Source: a phage
Direction: 5' to 3' (one strand)
Length of the DNA: 44,688 nucleotides
Sequence record: PX880098.1
The position numbers were made by a program, and so were the translations under genes. Of the stretch, positions 18,000 through 27,071 are shown in pieces. How positions within the stretch are numbered: the first letter of the stretch is position 1; the number at the start of each line of letters is the position of its first letter. The notes beneath the pieces were generated by a model. It saw only the letters and a program-made list of their open reading frames with translations. It was not told the origin of the DNA and did no database searches.

Positions 18000-18511
18000 G
18001 CCAGGAATCAGTAGAAGCCGCCTATCGCCGCAAGCTGGCCTCAAATCCCGACGGCGAGATGGACTACATCACGTTACAAATCAGCCACCCGTTGCTGTCA
18101 AAGACGTATTATCTTGTGCGCGGGTTACAGGAACTCACAGCAACACTGGAGACGGGCGAAACTATCACGTTTGAGCCGACCCCGATGGAGGCGTCGGGGG
18201 CTGCTAATAATAACGACATGGACCAGACTACGACGTTTACCCTTCCTGACGTCGGAAATTTACTGGACGATGAGCTGGATAATATTCCGATGGACAGTAC
18301 TGAGTTGCCGAAGTTCGTATTTCGCCGTTATGTCAGCACCGACCTGTCTTACCCAGCAGACGGCCCTGTGGTATACGAGGCGCAGACAATAGCCCAGGAC
18401 AAGGGACGATTCTCTGCTAATTTAGGGACACCTATGCTTAACCAACGAAGCACTGGTATACTCATGACACCTAAAGAGATACCTTTATTACGCGGCCTGT
18501 TAATCACATGA
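17996..18511 (+). CDS. minor tail protein (gpL-like position)
   Basis: Start ATG 17996 overlapping upstream stop; second gene after tape measure. Confidence 0.5.
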   Translation: MSQESVEAAYRRKLASNPDGEMDYITLQISHPLLSKTYYLVRGLQELTATLETGETITFEPTPMEASGAANNNDMDQTTTFTLPDVGNLLDDELDNIPMDSTELPKFVFRRYVSTDLSYPADGPVVYEAQTIAQDKGRFSANLGTPMLNQRSTGILMTPKEIPLLRGLLIT

Positions 18512-18873
18512 ACATTAACGACTACACGGGGATACCCTACGACTTTCGCAAACGCAATTGCTGGCATCACGTGCGTATTGTCCGTGCGGATGCCGGGTTA
18601 GCTACACCGGCGTTCGACGCCACAAGCCCAACGGCAATTAACGACGCGTTTGATGAAGGCCGTCGTGACACGAAGGGGCTTACGAAAATTGATAAGCCTG
18701 AAAACTTGTGCGCGGTTCTTATGGGTAGGCGTCGCGGTGGTAGAATCGTATGGCACGCCGGGGTCTACTTTGACGGAATGGTGAGTCATTGCGAAATGGC
18801 CTCCCGTCAGGTACGGCTTGACAGGCTTGTTGACCTAAGAGACTTGTACACGGAGATTGAATTTTGGCGATAA
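18508..18873 (+). CDS. tail assembly protein with NlpC/P60-like Cys-His motif (gpK-like)
   Basis: RNCWHHV and HAGVY motifs suggest a Cys/His peptidase fold; position matches lambda K. Confidence 0.5.
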   Translation: MNINDYTGIPYDFRKRNCWHHVRIVRADAGLATPAFDATSPTAINDAFDEGRRDTKGLTKIDKPENLCAVLMGRRRGGRIVWHAGVYFDGMVSHCEMASRQVRLDRLVDLRDLYTEIEFWR

Positions 18874-21410
18874 TCCTGCACTACACGCGAAATGCTAACG
18901 GTGTTTTCGACCGCACAAAACACGTCGGGACGCCGATGGAGTTTGTCGTCAACAATATCCCCGACGGCGTTCCTGTGCGCGTATATCTCGGTGAGATTGG
19001 TGATGACACCGATATCACTGACGACTTCGACGCGCTTAAAGACGAGGACGCGGTGTTCCACATAGTAGAAGGAGCTGGTGGCGGTGCGCTTGTAGTAGGT
19101 GCGCTTGTTGCGTTGGTCGTCGTCGCGGCTACGGTTTTACTAACTAAGAAACCTAGTCTGGCGGTAACAGCGACAAATAACCAAGCAAAATCCGCTAATA
19201 ACAGCCTCACAGACCGCTCCAACAAACCACGGCCTTATGAGCGCTCTTATGATATCTGCGGGACGGTGCAGACTATACCCAACGACCTGATGCAGACGTA
19301 TAAGGCGTTCGACAATATCGGGAATTTACTAGAATACTCGTACTATGACGCGGGGCGCGGGTATCTGCATATTGAGGCTGACGGTGTCACAGAGGGCGAC
19401 ACCCTGATAAGTGACATCACAGGCTCCTCTGTTGCCGTGTATGCGCCATATACCTCCCCGAACAACACCGCGTCACCGCAACTACAAATCGGCGACGTCA
19501 TTGACCAGAAACTCTATGTAACATACTCCAACGACGACGTTGACGGTATTGTACTAAAAGCGCCAAACGACATTGGGGCTAACCCAAGCGCCGACGGCAC
19601 AGCTAAACGCATTTCAAACACCGGCTACATCTATGACCCGTCAGGAGACTCTGCTTTTTCTGAGTTTCTTAGCGTTGGTGATATCGCGGTGCTGAGCAAC
19701 TTCGATGTTGCTGATGTCACTAACCTGAACGGCTCGTTTGAGGTTTTATATGTTGACGACTTCGAAGTGAGATTAGCCGTAAACGGTGCTTCTAACTGGA
19801 CAGCGTTGACCAGCGGGCAGACGTACACACTAACTGAGCGTTCGGATACTTTCATAGGCCCGCGCGACACCTATGATGTGTCCTTGACCGACTGGTACTA
19901 CATGGTACGGGGAGAGGTTGACCGCGTGCTCGCTAACGTTGCCGGGCAGAACGGCCTCTACAAATACGACGGAGGTTATAGTCGCGCCAACGTAACCGTA
20001 GAACTCCAGTACCAGATGATTGATTCTCAACGTAACCCGTTGGGGGATATCTACACAGTACAGGCCACAGTTACCGGTAATAGCACTGATTACGTCGGCA
20101 CGTCCATTTATGGGCAATTGCCTACTGCATCGCGTTTCCGCGCCCGCATGCGCCGTGTAACTAATTTCGATAAAGACTACGACGGTACGGTAAGCGACGA
20201 GATAACATTCACCAACCTGTATGGGCAGTCTCTGGACACAACCCCGCACTACGGAAACCGAACTACCGTACATTGCGCACGTAAACAGACGCCGCGGGCC
20301 GCAAGTATCGATAACCCTGAACTACGCATGATTGCGACCGAGATGTGCTACAAATACCTCGGCAACGGGGTATTCGATACCGAGATGACCCCTAATACAC
20401 AGGCGGTGCAGTCGCTAATCAGACTTGCCAGAGACCCCGCAGTGGGTAATCTGGAACTGACAACGGCAAACATGGACAAGTTACTTGCTGTGCAGGAAGA
20501 AATTGAGTCCTATTTCGGAAGTGAATTAGCGGGGCAATTCTGCTACACGTTCGACGACTATGACACAACTATGCAGGACATTGTTCAGACCATAGCGGAA
20601 GCCGTGTTCTGTACTGCATACCGTAAAGGTGCGGATATTATGCTGCGATTCGACCGTCCTGTCGCGGGTCCTGAAATGGTGTTCACCCACCGCAGTAAGA
20701 CGACAGGAACGGAGAAATGGACGCGCACATTCAACGATTCGACAACCTACGATAGCCTGTCGTTCTCGTACATTGACCCGGATACAAACGTGCGGGAAAC
20801 TATTTATATCCCGGAAGAACTCGGCGCAAACACCGAGGAATATGAATCGAAGGGCGTGCGTAACTATCAGCAAGCGTACTGGCTGGCATGGCGTCGTTAC
20901 CAGCGCAATGCGTTAAGTAAAGTTGTCGTAGAGTTCGAAGCTACGGAAGAAGGTGCTCTCGCTACTCCCGGCGGCGTAATCAGTGTGGTTAAAGGCTCGC
21001 GTATCGCGCCGCAGGATGGCTATGTTGTTGCCGTTAATGGGCTTACGCTGACACTGTCGCAGCCTGTTACGTTTACCCCCGGCGATGACCACTCCATCAT
21101 CCTCAAGAAGCGCGACGGCTCTGTTCAGAGTATCTCTGTTATCAAAGGAAGCCACGACCGCGAGGTGATTATGCTATCCGCGCCGGAGGAGGCAATCTAC
21201 ACGGGGAATAGCGCGCTAAAAACCGAGTTTTCATTCGGCAACGAAGCAAGGCATAATGCTCAGAAGATAGTTGTTTCTTCAATCGACCCGGGCGACGACC
21301 GCACGGTCAAGATTACTGGCTACAACTATGACGACGGATTCTATAAATACGACGGCGTCGCGCCTCACGGCAGCGGTTTCTCCGACGGATTAAGCAACGG
21401 TTTTAGTTAA
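18864..21410 (+). CDS. tail tip / central fiber protein (gpI-like N-terminus fused to gpJ-like body)
   Basis: 848-aa ORF; N-terminal GAGGGALVVGALVALVVVAATVLL hydrophobic patch typical of lambda I-like proteins; listed start is TTG, true start may be ATG 18936. Confidence 0.55.
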   Translation: MAIILHYTRNANGVFDRTKHVGTPMEFVVNNIPDGVPVRVYLGEIGDDTDITDDFDALKDEDAVFHIVEGAGGGALVVGALVALVVVAATVLLTKKPSLAVTATNNQAKSANNSLTDRSNKPRPYERSYDICGTVQTIPNDLMQTYKAFDNIGNLLEYSYYDAGRGYLHIEADGVTEGDTLISDITGSSVAVYAPYTSPNNTASPQLQIGDVIDQKLYVTYSNDDVDGIVLKAPNDIGANPSADGTAKRISNTGYIYDPSGDSAFSEFLSVGDIAVLSNFDVADVTNLNGSFEVLYVDDFEVRLAVNGASNWTALTSGQTYTLTERSDTFIGPRDTYDVSLTDWYYMVRGEVDRVLANVAGQNGLYKYDGGYSRANVTVELQYQMIDSQRNPLGDIYTVQATVTGNSTDYVGTSIYGQLPTASRFRARMRRVTNFDKDYDGTVSDEITFTNLYGQSLDTTPHYGNRTTVHCARKQTPRAASIDNPELRMIATEMCYKYLGNGVFDTEMTPNTQAVQSLIRLARDPAVGNLELTTANMDKLLAVQEEIESYFGSELAGQFCYTFDDYDTTMQDIVQTIAEAVFCTAYRKGADIMLRFDRPVAGPEMVFTHRSKTTGTEKWTRTFNDSTTYDSLSFSYIDPDTNVRETIYIPEELGANTEEYESKGVRNYQQAYWLAWRRYQRNALSKVVVEFEATEEGALATPGGVISVVKGSRIAPQDGYVVAVNGLTLTLSQPVTFTPGDDHSIILKKRDGSVQSISVIKGSHDREVIMLSAPEEAIYTGNSALKTEFSFGNEARHNAQKIVVSSIDPGDDRTVKITGYNYDDGFYKYDGVAPHGSGFSDGLSNGFS

Positions 21411-21422
21411 AGAGGACTCTAT

Positions 21423-23354
21423 ATGTCAAGCGGATGCGGTGACGTTTTAAGCCTGGCGGATTTACAGACCGCCAAGAAACACCAGATTTTCGAGGCCGAG
21501 GTTATCACGGGTAAATCCGGCGGCGTAGCCGGTGGCGCCAATATCGATTACGCTACAAATGCCGTTACAGGGCAGACGCAGAAGACACTCCCTGCCGTGT
21601 TGCGTGACGCCGGGTTCAGACCTGCGTCTTTCACATTCGAAACAGGTGGGACGCTGGGCGCGAATGACGCCGACTTGGCGGTGTTGTGGCCAGGGCCATC
21701 TGGCGACGGCAACTATTATGCGTGGAAAGGTGCTCTGCCAAAAACTATCCCTGCATCTTCGACGCCAGCCTCGACGGGCGGAGTAGGTCAGACCGCATGG
21801 GTTGCCGTTAGCGAAGCTGCATTGCGCCGTGATTTGGCCCTAAGCACTGGCGCAGGGTTAGTTGGTACGTCTTCGGGGCGCACGGTGCAGGGCGAGGTCG
21901 ATCATTTCAAAATAGGGTATATGACCCCCGATGATTTCGGCGCGGTAGGTGATGGTGCCACCGACGACACCACGCCTTTGCAACAGGCTATTGACTATTG
22001 TTCAAGCAACGGTATCGCGTTAAGAATCCCCGCAAAATCTTATGTTTGGAATGGCGGTATTATAACTTCACCCATAACAATAATCGGTGACAGACGTCCA
22101 GATTACAATTTTAGCTCCAATTCTATGTCTAACGGGTCTGTCATAATTGGCAATTTAAGATTTTCCGCAAGCCAGGTGATTATTAAGTCACTTGGTGTGC
22201 GTAGGCCTACAGGCTCCCCCGGAGATTGTCTGGTGTTATCGACCGATAACTATGCTGGTGGGGCTTGTATTGTTCAAGATGTAGTTGCCGCGGGCCTTTC
22301 CGGTTCGGACACGTACCACAGCGTTCTTGTTGAAGGCTACGATTCCGCGCATGTATCTCAAATAACTGGCGGTTATAATCTTTTTGGCCTCGCGATTAAG
22401 TCAAGAAACGTTGTTGCCAGAGGCGTAATAACCGTAAGCTGTGATACTGGCGTTATCATTAAATCTGATAGTGAGTTCAGCACGGCAAAAAATGTGGTGC
22501 TGGACGGGCACATTAATGTCGGTAATGGTGTTTCTAGTCAAGGTGTTTGGATTTACAGCACAACCGCACAACTTGAGCGTATTACCTGCGCAAACTTACA
22601 AAGCATCGATTCCGCTATACATATGCGGATTAAGTCCGAAAACGTAGCTAATGACGTGCAAATTGTTGGGGCAAATTATTCAGGATCTACTTATGCGGAT
22701 GTGCTCGTCGAAGGCACTTCGGCTGGCACGTTGTACAATGTTAGTTTAGATAGTATAACCGCAGTAAATAGCCAGAAATTTATGGCTGCAGGTTTCTGTG
22801 AACAACTGATGGTAACAGGATTCTATGGGTCCCTGAAACCTGGCGCTCCCGCCGATACTGCGTTTGAGGTTAGCGCCGCCGTAGGGCTTTTTAGCGGGTC
22901 AAATATCCAACTAGTCCGTCAATACAGCAGTGACCTAATGACAATGAATCTCGGTAACAGTTATCTTAATAATAGATTATCATCTGTTAAGGCGAAAGTA
23001 ATAGGAAACGGCAAACCTAGGCCGGGGTATAAAGAACAGAATCTTAGCGGCGCTGCGGCTACAATGATTGTTGGCGACAGTTTGGGGCCCTCTGGGGTTG
23101 TGTCTGTCACCGCGATATCCACCGGCAGTTCATTCAGCAGTATTGCTATTAATGACGACTATGGTCAGCCGGTTAAGCCAGGTTTTCTTCTAATAATCCG
23201 AAACGCATCCGCTATCTCGTTCGTTATGAACCATAATCCAGGGTCTGGTGGAATCGCAAATAACGGGGCGGTTGGTAAGACCATTGCGGGCGGAGACACT
23301 ATAATGTACGTTTTTGACGGGACGAATTGGCGTCAAACTCCATCTATAGCTTAA
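21423..23354 (+). CDS. tailspike / receptor-binding protein with pectate-lyase-like beta-helix
   Basis: 643 aa; DDFGAVGDGATDDTTPLQQAID is the pectate-lyase-superfamily beta-helix signature common in phage depolymerases; last gene of tail block. Confidence 0.65.
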   Translation: MSSGCGDVLSLADLQTAKKHQIFEAEVITGKSGGVAGGANIDYATNAVTGQTQKTLPAVLRDAGFRPASFTFETGGTLGANDADLAVLWPGPSGDGNYYAWKGALPKTIPASSTPASTGGVGQTAWVAVSEAALRRDLALSTGAGLVGTSSGRTVQGEVDHFKIGYMTPDDFGAVGDGATDDTTPLQQAIDYCSSNGIALRIPAKSYVWNGGIITSPITIIGDRRPDYNFSSNSMSNGSVIIGNLRFSASQVIIKSLGVRRPTGSPGDCLVLSTDNYAGGACIVQDVVAAGLSGSDTYHSVLVEGYDSAHVSQITGGYNLFGLAIKSRNVVARGVITVSCDTGVIIKSDSEFSTAKNVVLDGHINVGNGVSSQGVWIYSTTAQLERITCANLQSIDSAIHMRIKSENVANDVQIVGANYSGSTYADVLVEGTSAGTLYNVSLDSITAVNSQKFMAAGFCEQLMVTGFYGSLKPGAPADTAFEVSAAVGLFSGSNIQLVRQYSSDLMTMNLGNSYLNNRLSSVKAKVIGNGKPRPGYKEQNLSGAAATMIVGDSLGPSGVVSVTAISTGSSFSSIAINDDYGQPVKPGFLLIIRNASAISFVMNHNPGSGGIANNGAVGKTIAGGDTIMYVFDGTNWRQTPSIA

Positions 23355-23358
23355 AACT

Positions 23359-23382
23359 AAGGCCCCGAAAGGGGCCTTTTCT
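23359..23382. terminator. bidirectional intrinsic terminator
   Basis: AGGCCCC-GAAA-GGGGCCT plus T run; between convergent tailspike and minus-strand operon. Confidence 0.7.
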
Positions 23383-23523
23383 CTACTCTTCTGATAACTT
23401 CTCCAGTACAAACGCCAGTTGTGCATTAGCGGCATCTCTCTGTTGCCGTAGGCGTAGAACCTCCTCTTCAATTTCCTTGATACGTTTTTGCAATGCCGGA
23501 ATCGGGGCTATGATGTTCATCAT
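23383..23523 (-). CDS. small coiled-coil protein (46 aa), absent from ORF track
   Basis: ATG overlaps the stop of the upstream gene (ATGA); uninterrupted 46 codons; last gene before the terminator. Confidence 0.4.
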   Translation of the reverse strand: MMNIIAPIPALQKRIKEIEEEVLRLRQQRDAANAQLAFVLEKLSEE

Positions 23524-23708
23524 TTGAACTCCACCAAACCGTTGTTAAAGAACTCGGCGATTATGTAGCCCGAGTCATCGTCGTAATCGGCGACTATCTC
23601 GCCATCGTCCTCATAAGTTACGCGGTACTCAATGCCGTTATAGTAGGCCTGATATTCTTCACCCTCTTTGAACTCAGGTACGTTTGAGCTAACACAAAAC
23701 AATTTCAT
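23520..23708 (-). CDS. hypothetical protein (62 aa, acidic)
   Basis: ATGA-coupled ORF in minus-strand operon. Confidence 0.5.
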   Translation of the reverse strand: MKLFCVSSNVPEFKEGEEYQAYYNGIEYRVTYEDDGEIVADYDDDSGYIIAEFFNNGLVEFK

Positions 23709-23890
23709 TTCTTACCTTCGCTTTTCTTGAAACTGCACTTTATGTCCGGCAGCGTGTAGCACCGTGATTTTTCGTATTTACCGTTCGAGCTTACCAAAAC
23801 AAAGCTGTTGCCGTCTTTTGATATGTACTCGACAATAAAAGTATTGGATGTATGTACGCTGTATATTTCGTCTCCAACATTAAGCTTCAT
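23705..23890 (-). CDS. hypothetical protein (61 aa)
   Basis: ATGA-coupled ORF downstream of helicase gene. Confidence 0.5.
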   Translation of the reverse strand: MKLNVGDEIYSVHTSNTFIVEYISKDGNSFVLVSSNGKYEKSRCYTLPDIKCSFKKSEGKK

Positions 23891-26352
23891 TTCTTACCTC
23901 GTCTCTTCATGTAATTAAGCAATTCTTCCTGGACAGATTTCTTCTCGTCAGTGCGCGCGGCGACAACCTCATCCAGCGTGTCTTTAGCAACGATGTGGTA
24001 TAGGAACACAGGGCGCTCGTGACCCGCCTGTTTCTGGCGTACTGGGCCTATACGCTCAACAACCTGCAAATAGTGCTCAAGGTTCCAGCCTTGTGAAATG
24101 AATGCCAGATGATGCCCTCCGTCCTGTAAATTCAAACCATGGCCCGCTGACGCAGGATGCACGCATAATATTTCGATTTCCCCGCGGTTCCACGCTTCCA
24201 TCTGCTTATTACCTTTAACGCCTTTGGCAAACGCCTGCGCCTGCGGGAATCGCTTAAGGATGCGCTCCAGTTCGTGCTTGAACTGATAGGCCACTAGTAA
24301 CGGCGCACCCTGTAGCTCCTCAACAATGGACTCCAGAGCATCCAGTTTCGTGTCGTGTACTTTCTCCCAGTCTTTCGTTGCTTCGCCATCTGGCCCTGAT
24401 ACGTATACGGCACCGGATGCAATCTGCAGACACTTAGAGGTCTTCGCCGCAGCGTTAGCCGCTTCAACTTCTCCGCTCTCCAGTTCAGCAAATAACTTCT
24501 CCTCCATATCGATGTACGCCTGACGCGCTTTCTTCGGCAGGTCAATTTCAACCGGTACAATTATTGGCGCTTCACAACCAAACCACTCGGCAGCGTCAAT
24601 CGTGAGACTAATGTCCTTCATCTTCTGGTGAATTTCGTTATCCGCACCTGGGCGGGCGTGGTATTCGCGCGCCATAGCCGATTTGCCTTTCTGTACCGAG
24701 TTAAACCAGCGGTCGGTGAATGCTGTGTATGATGACCCCAGGCGCTCGCCAGCGTCGATAAACCAGTTCTGGCCCCACAAGTCCTTGAGGCCGTTTGGTG
24801 ACGGTGTACCGGTCAGATTGATGAAACGTTTAACATTACCGAACGCCACTTTGCTTAGTGCCTTTGCTCGCTTGCTTCCGCCAGAACGGCTGCGGAATGA
24901 TTTCAACTTCGTGCTCTCATCGGCAACAATAACCGTAAAAGGCCAGTCGTCTTTGCCGTAGTAGTCAATCAGCCACTCGATTACCTCATAGTTCGTGCAC
25001 ACCACGTTAGCGTCGGACTCCAGCGCCGCGATGCGGCGCTTCTCTGAACCGGTCGCATCTACGACGCGCAGACAAGGGAAACCCCACTTAGTTTGTTCTG
25101 CCGGCCATGTGCCGGACGCAACACGCAACGGCGCAAGGATTAACACACGGTCGTCATCATTAAGTTGGCCGTTGCGGAACAGCCGATTGAGAACCCACAT
25201 CGTCGAGCTTGTGTTGTGCGTTACGGTGAAGTCGCCTAATAGAAACCGGTGGTCACCGTCGATAGTGAAGCCGTAATAATCATCTACGCCGACCGGGGTT
25301 ATAGATTCTATTCCAACGTTAAGTACGTTTTTATTAATATTACGCTTCGGTAAATTCTGGTGGCGGCCACGCACGAAAGGCACCTCAGAAAAATCGCCTG
25401 ATACCGATACGCGGAAGTAATCCCCCCAAACATCAGTGTTTGCGCAACGCTTACGAGTTTTCTTCTTGTAAGCGGCGAAACCAAGAGAACGGCATAGATA
25501 GCAAAAATCATCAGCGAGTCGCTCGCTTACCGAAATCCAGTCAAAACCTGCTTTAGACAAATCACAATAACCGTCGCTATCCAGAAGCCCCGCCAGCAAT
25601 TCTAAACGTTGCTGCCGGTCGCCGCATTTGTAATTATGCGGTATATGCTTATGGTTCAAGACCCCCGCCGACCTCAGCGCGTGCGTAAGCCCGTGCTTCT
25701 TATTGCCAGTATTGCCGTAAGATATACTCCATGTAAGTCCTTCTTTTCGTATTTGCATCCCATTACGCGCTGCGTACGATTCAAGATACTCCCTTATTTC
25801 CTTTTCGTTTTCCCCAGATGTTATGGCTCCCGACGATGAGGTGCCATCACCAAGCCACAGCCCCATAAGGTACGGGGGCAATAAAGCATCGTCCTGATCT
25901 TTCCTCGGGAAATCGACAGGTACTCGCCAACCCTTAAGATACCCATTAGGTCCGGTTACATATTTCGGCAACTTAAGCCAGTCGCGGACGCTTATGTCGA
26001 AAACGGTATTATCCGGCCATGAACCCTTTGCTATCCCTGTAGTAGTTCGCAGTGATAATATATGGCTTTCGTTTACCGTATACGACTCTCCTTTTCGCGG
26101 TTTAACCTCGTACATCATCTCCCGGCCTCTACCGAGAGACAGTACATTTCTAGGCGTTGAATCTGGCCCCATAAGCACGTCACCGACGATGACGTCTTCT
26201 ACTTTCTTGGTCGTACCGTCAAACATAATAACTTCAGTCCCGCGTTTCAGGCACTTGCCGCTACCCATACTTGCCCAGATATTACAGCGCGGGTTCCGCA
26301 GCATGAACGAGGTCATGAGCTTTTGATAAGGCCTTCTAGTGAATTTACTCAT
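23887..26352 (-). CDS. SNF2-family helicase interrupted by an intein
   Basis: Walker A split as MGSGK|intein|TSS; DExx-like box VIVADESTKLK; NLTGTPSPNGLKDLW and GHGLNLQDGG helicase motifs. Confidence 0.75.
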   Translation of the reverse strand: MSKFTRRPYQKLMTSFMLRNPRCNIWASMGSGKCLKRGTEVIMFDGTTKKVEDVIVGDVLMGPDSTPRNVLSLGRGREMMYEVKPRKGESYTVNESHILSLRTTTGIAKGSWPDNTVFDISVRDWLKLPKYVTGPNGYLKGWRVPVDFPRKDQDDALLPPYLMGLWLGDGTSSSGAITSGENEKEIREYLESYAARNGMQIRKEGLTWSISYGNTGNKKHGLTHALRSAGVLNHKHIPHNYKCGDRQQRLELLAGLLDSDGYCDLSKAGFDWISVSERLADDFCYLCRSLGFAAYKKKTRKRCANTDVWGDYFRVSVSGDFSEVPFVRGRHQNLPKRNINKNVLNVGIESITPVGVDDYYGFTIDGDHRFLLGDFTVTHNTSSTMWVLNRLFRNGQLNDDDRVLILAPLRVASGTWPAEQTKWGFPCLRVVDATGSEKRRIAALESDANVVCTNYEVIEWLIDYYGKDDWPFTVIVADESTKLKSFRSRSGGSKRAKALSKVAFGNVKRFINLTGTPSPNGLKDLWGQNWFIDAGERLGSSYTAFTDRWFNSVQKGKSAMAREYHARPGADNEIHQKMKDISLTIDAAEWFGCEAPIIVPVEIDLPKKARQAYIDMEEKLFAELESGEVEAANAAAKTSKCLQIASGAVYVSGPDGEATKDWEKVHDTKLDALESIVEELQGAPLLVAYQFKHELERILKRFPQAQAFAKGVKGNKQMEAWNRGEIEILCVHPASAGHGLNLQDGGHHLAFISQGWNLEHYLQVVERIGPVRQKQAGHERPVFLYHIVAKDTLDEVVAARTDEKKSVQEELLNYMKRRGKK
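25213..26253 (-). mobile_element. intein with LAGLIDADG homing endonuclease domain (347 aa)
   Basis: Begins with Cys after GSGK, ends THN followed by Thr; two LAGLIDADG-like motifs LMGLWLGDGTS and LAGLLDSDGY; C-terminal block FLLGDFTVTHN. Confidence 0.75.
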
Positions 26353-26540
26353 TTCAGCACCAGTACCAGTTCTTTACGCCCGAACGCCGTAACGTTACCG
26401 GTTACATCTTCGATAACCAGTTTACCGTTCGACCCGACGAACACCGTATCAACGGCAACAGGACGACGTGTCTTAACGTTGAAAATCATGTCGCCAGGTA
26501 CGATGTCACGTGCTGGTTTGCGGTCGTATTCGTGTTTCAT
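26349..26540 (-). CDS. hypothetical protein (63 aa)
   Basis: First ORF downstream of promoter 26574-26602; ATGA-coupled to the helicase gene. Confidence 0.5.
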   Translation of the reverse strand: MKHEYDRKPARDIVPGDMIFNVKTRRPVAVDTVFVGSNGKLVIEDVTGNVTAFGRKELVLVLK

Positions 26541-26570
26541 TTCTCAATTCCTTATATTGTTGGTGTAGGG

Positions 26571-26858
26571 CTAACTATAATAGTATGCTATTAGGGTGTC
26601 AACCTGTTTTATAGAGCCAACCACAAAAACATTCGCACCACGTTTACGCATCCGCTCGTGTTCACGTAACTGGTGCGGGTCTGGCTTCGTGTTTTCGTCT
26701 TTCTTCACCTCGACGAACCAGACTATGCCGCCAGGGAGAATTACCAGCAGGTCAGGAGCGCCGGAACGTCCTTCGTAGGAGAGCTTACGAACGAGGCCAC
26801 CCAGGGCCTCGAATCGCCCCTTCGCATATTTCTGTACGCGCCCCTCAGGCGTACTCAT
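26571..26858 (-). CDS. VRR-NUC domain nuclease
   Basis: PD-(D/E)xK signature GAPDLLVILPGGIVWFVEVKK; SD GAGAGGGG upstream. Confidence 0.55.
   Translation of the reverse strand: MSTPEGRVQKYAKGRFEALGGLVRKLSYEGRSGAPDLLVILPGGIVWFVEVKKDENTKPDPHQLREHERMRKRGANVFVVGSIKQVDTLIAYYYS
26574..26602 (-). promoter_or_regulatory. sigma70-like promoter, family A (TTGACA-N17-TATAGT)
   Basis: Minus-strand reading TTGACAccctaatagcatactatTATAGT with AT-rich upstream region; contains ATAG-N4-CTAT. Confidence 0.6.
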
Positions 26859-26939
26859 CTACGCACCCCTCTCGTTTTGTGTGCTCAATCCCGCAGCGCG
26901 GACAGATTCGATAGTCTTCTTCGTAGAACCAGTAAATTT

Positions 26940-27071
26940 TCATTCCAGCACCCACAGATAAATTGCGACGAACATACCTAATACGGCGACAATCATGCCG
27001 TATTGACCCTCGTGACAGTAGACCCCGGCGGCAAATCCCGCCAGTACCGCGATAATCAGTTTACTTAGCAT
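26940..27071 (-). CDS. small hydrophobic protein (43 aa), absent from ORF track
   Basis: ATG overlaps the 3-prime end of the polymerase gene; sequence MLSKLIIAVLAGFAAGVY...FVAIYLWVLE predicts a membrane hairpin. Confidence 0.35.
   Translation of the reverse strand: MLSKLIIAVLAGFAAGVYCHEGQYGMIVAVLGMFVAIYLWVLE

Noticed and set aside
18864-18935. TTG-initiated N-terminal extension of the tail tip protein
   Set aside because: Start is ambiguous: TTG 18864 overlaps the upstream gene while ATG 18936 lacks a strong SD; the listed coordinates are kept but the N-terminus is uncertain.
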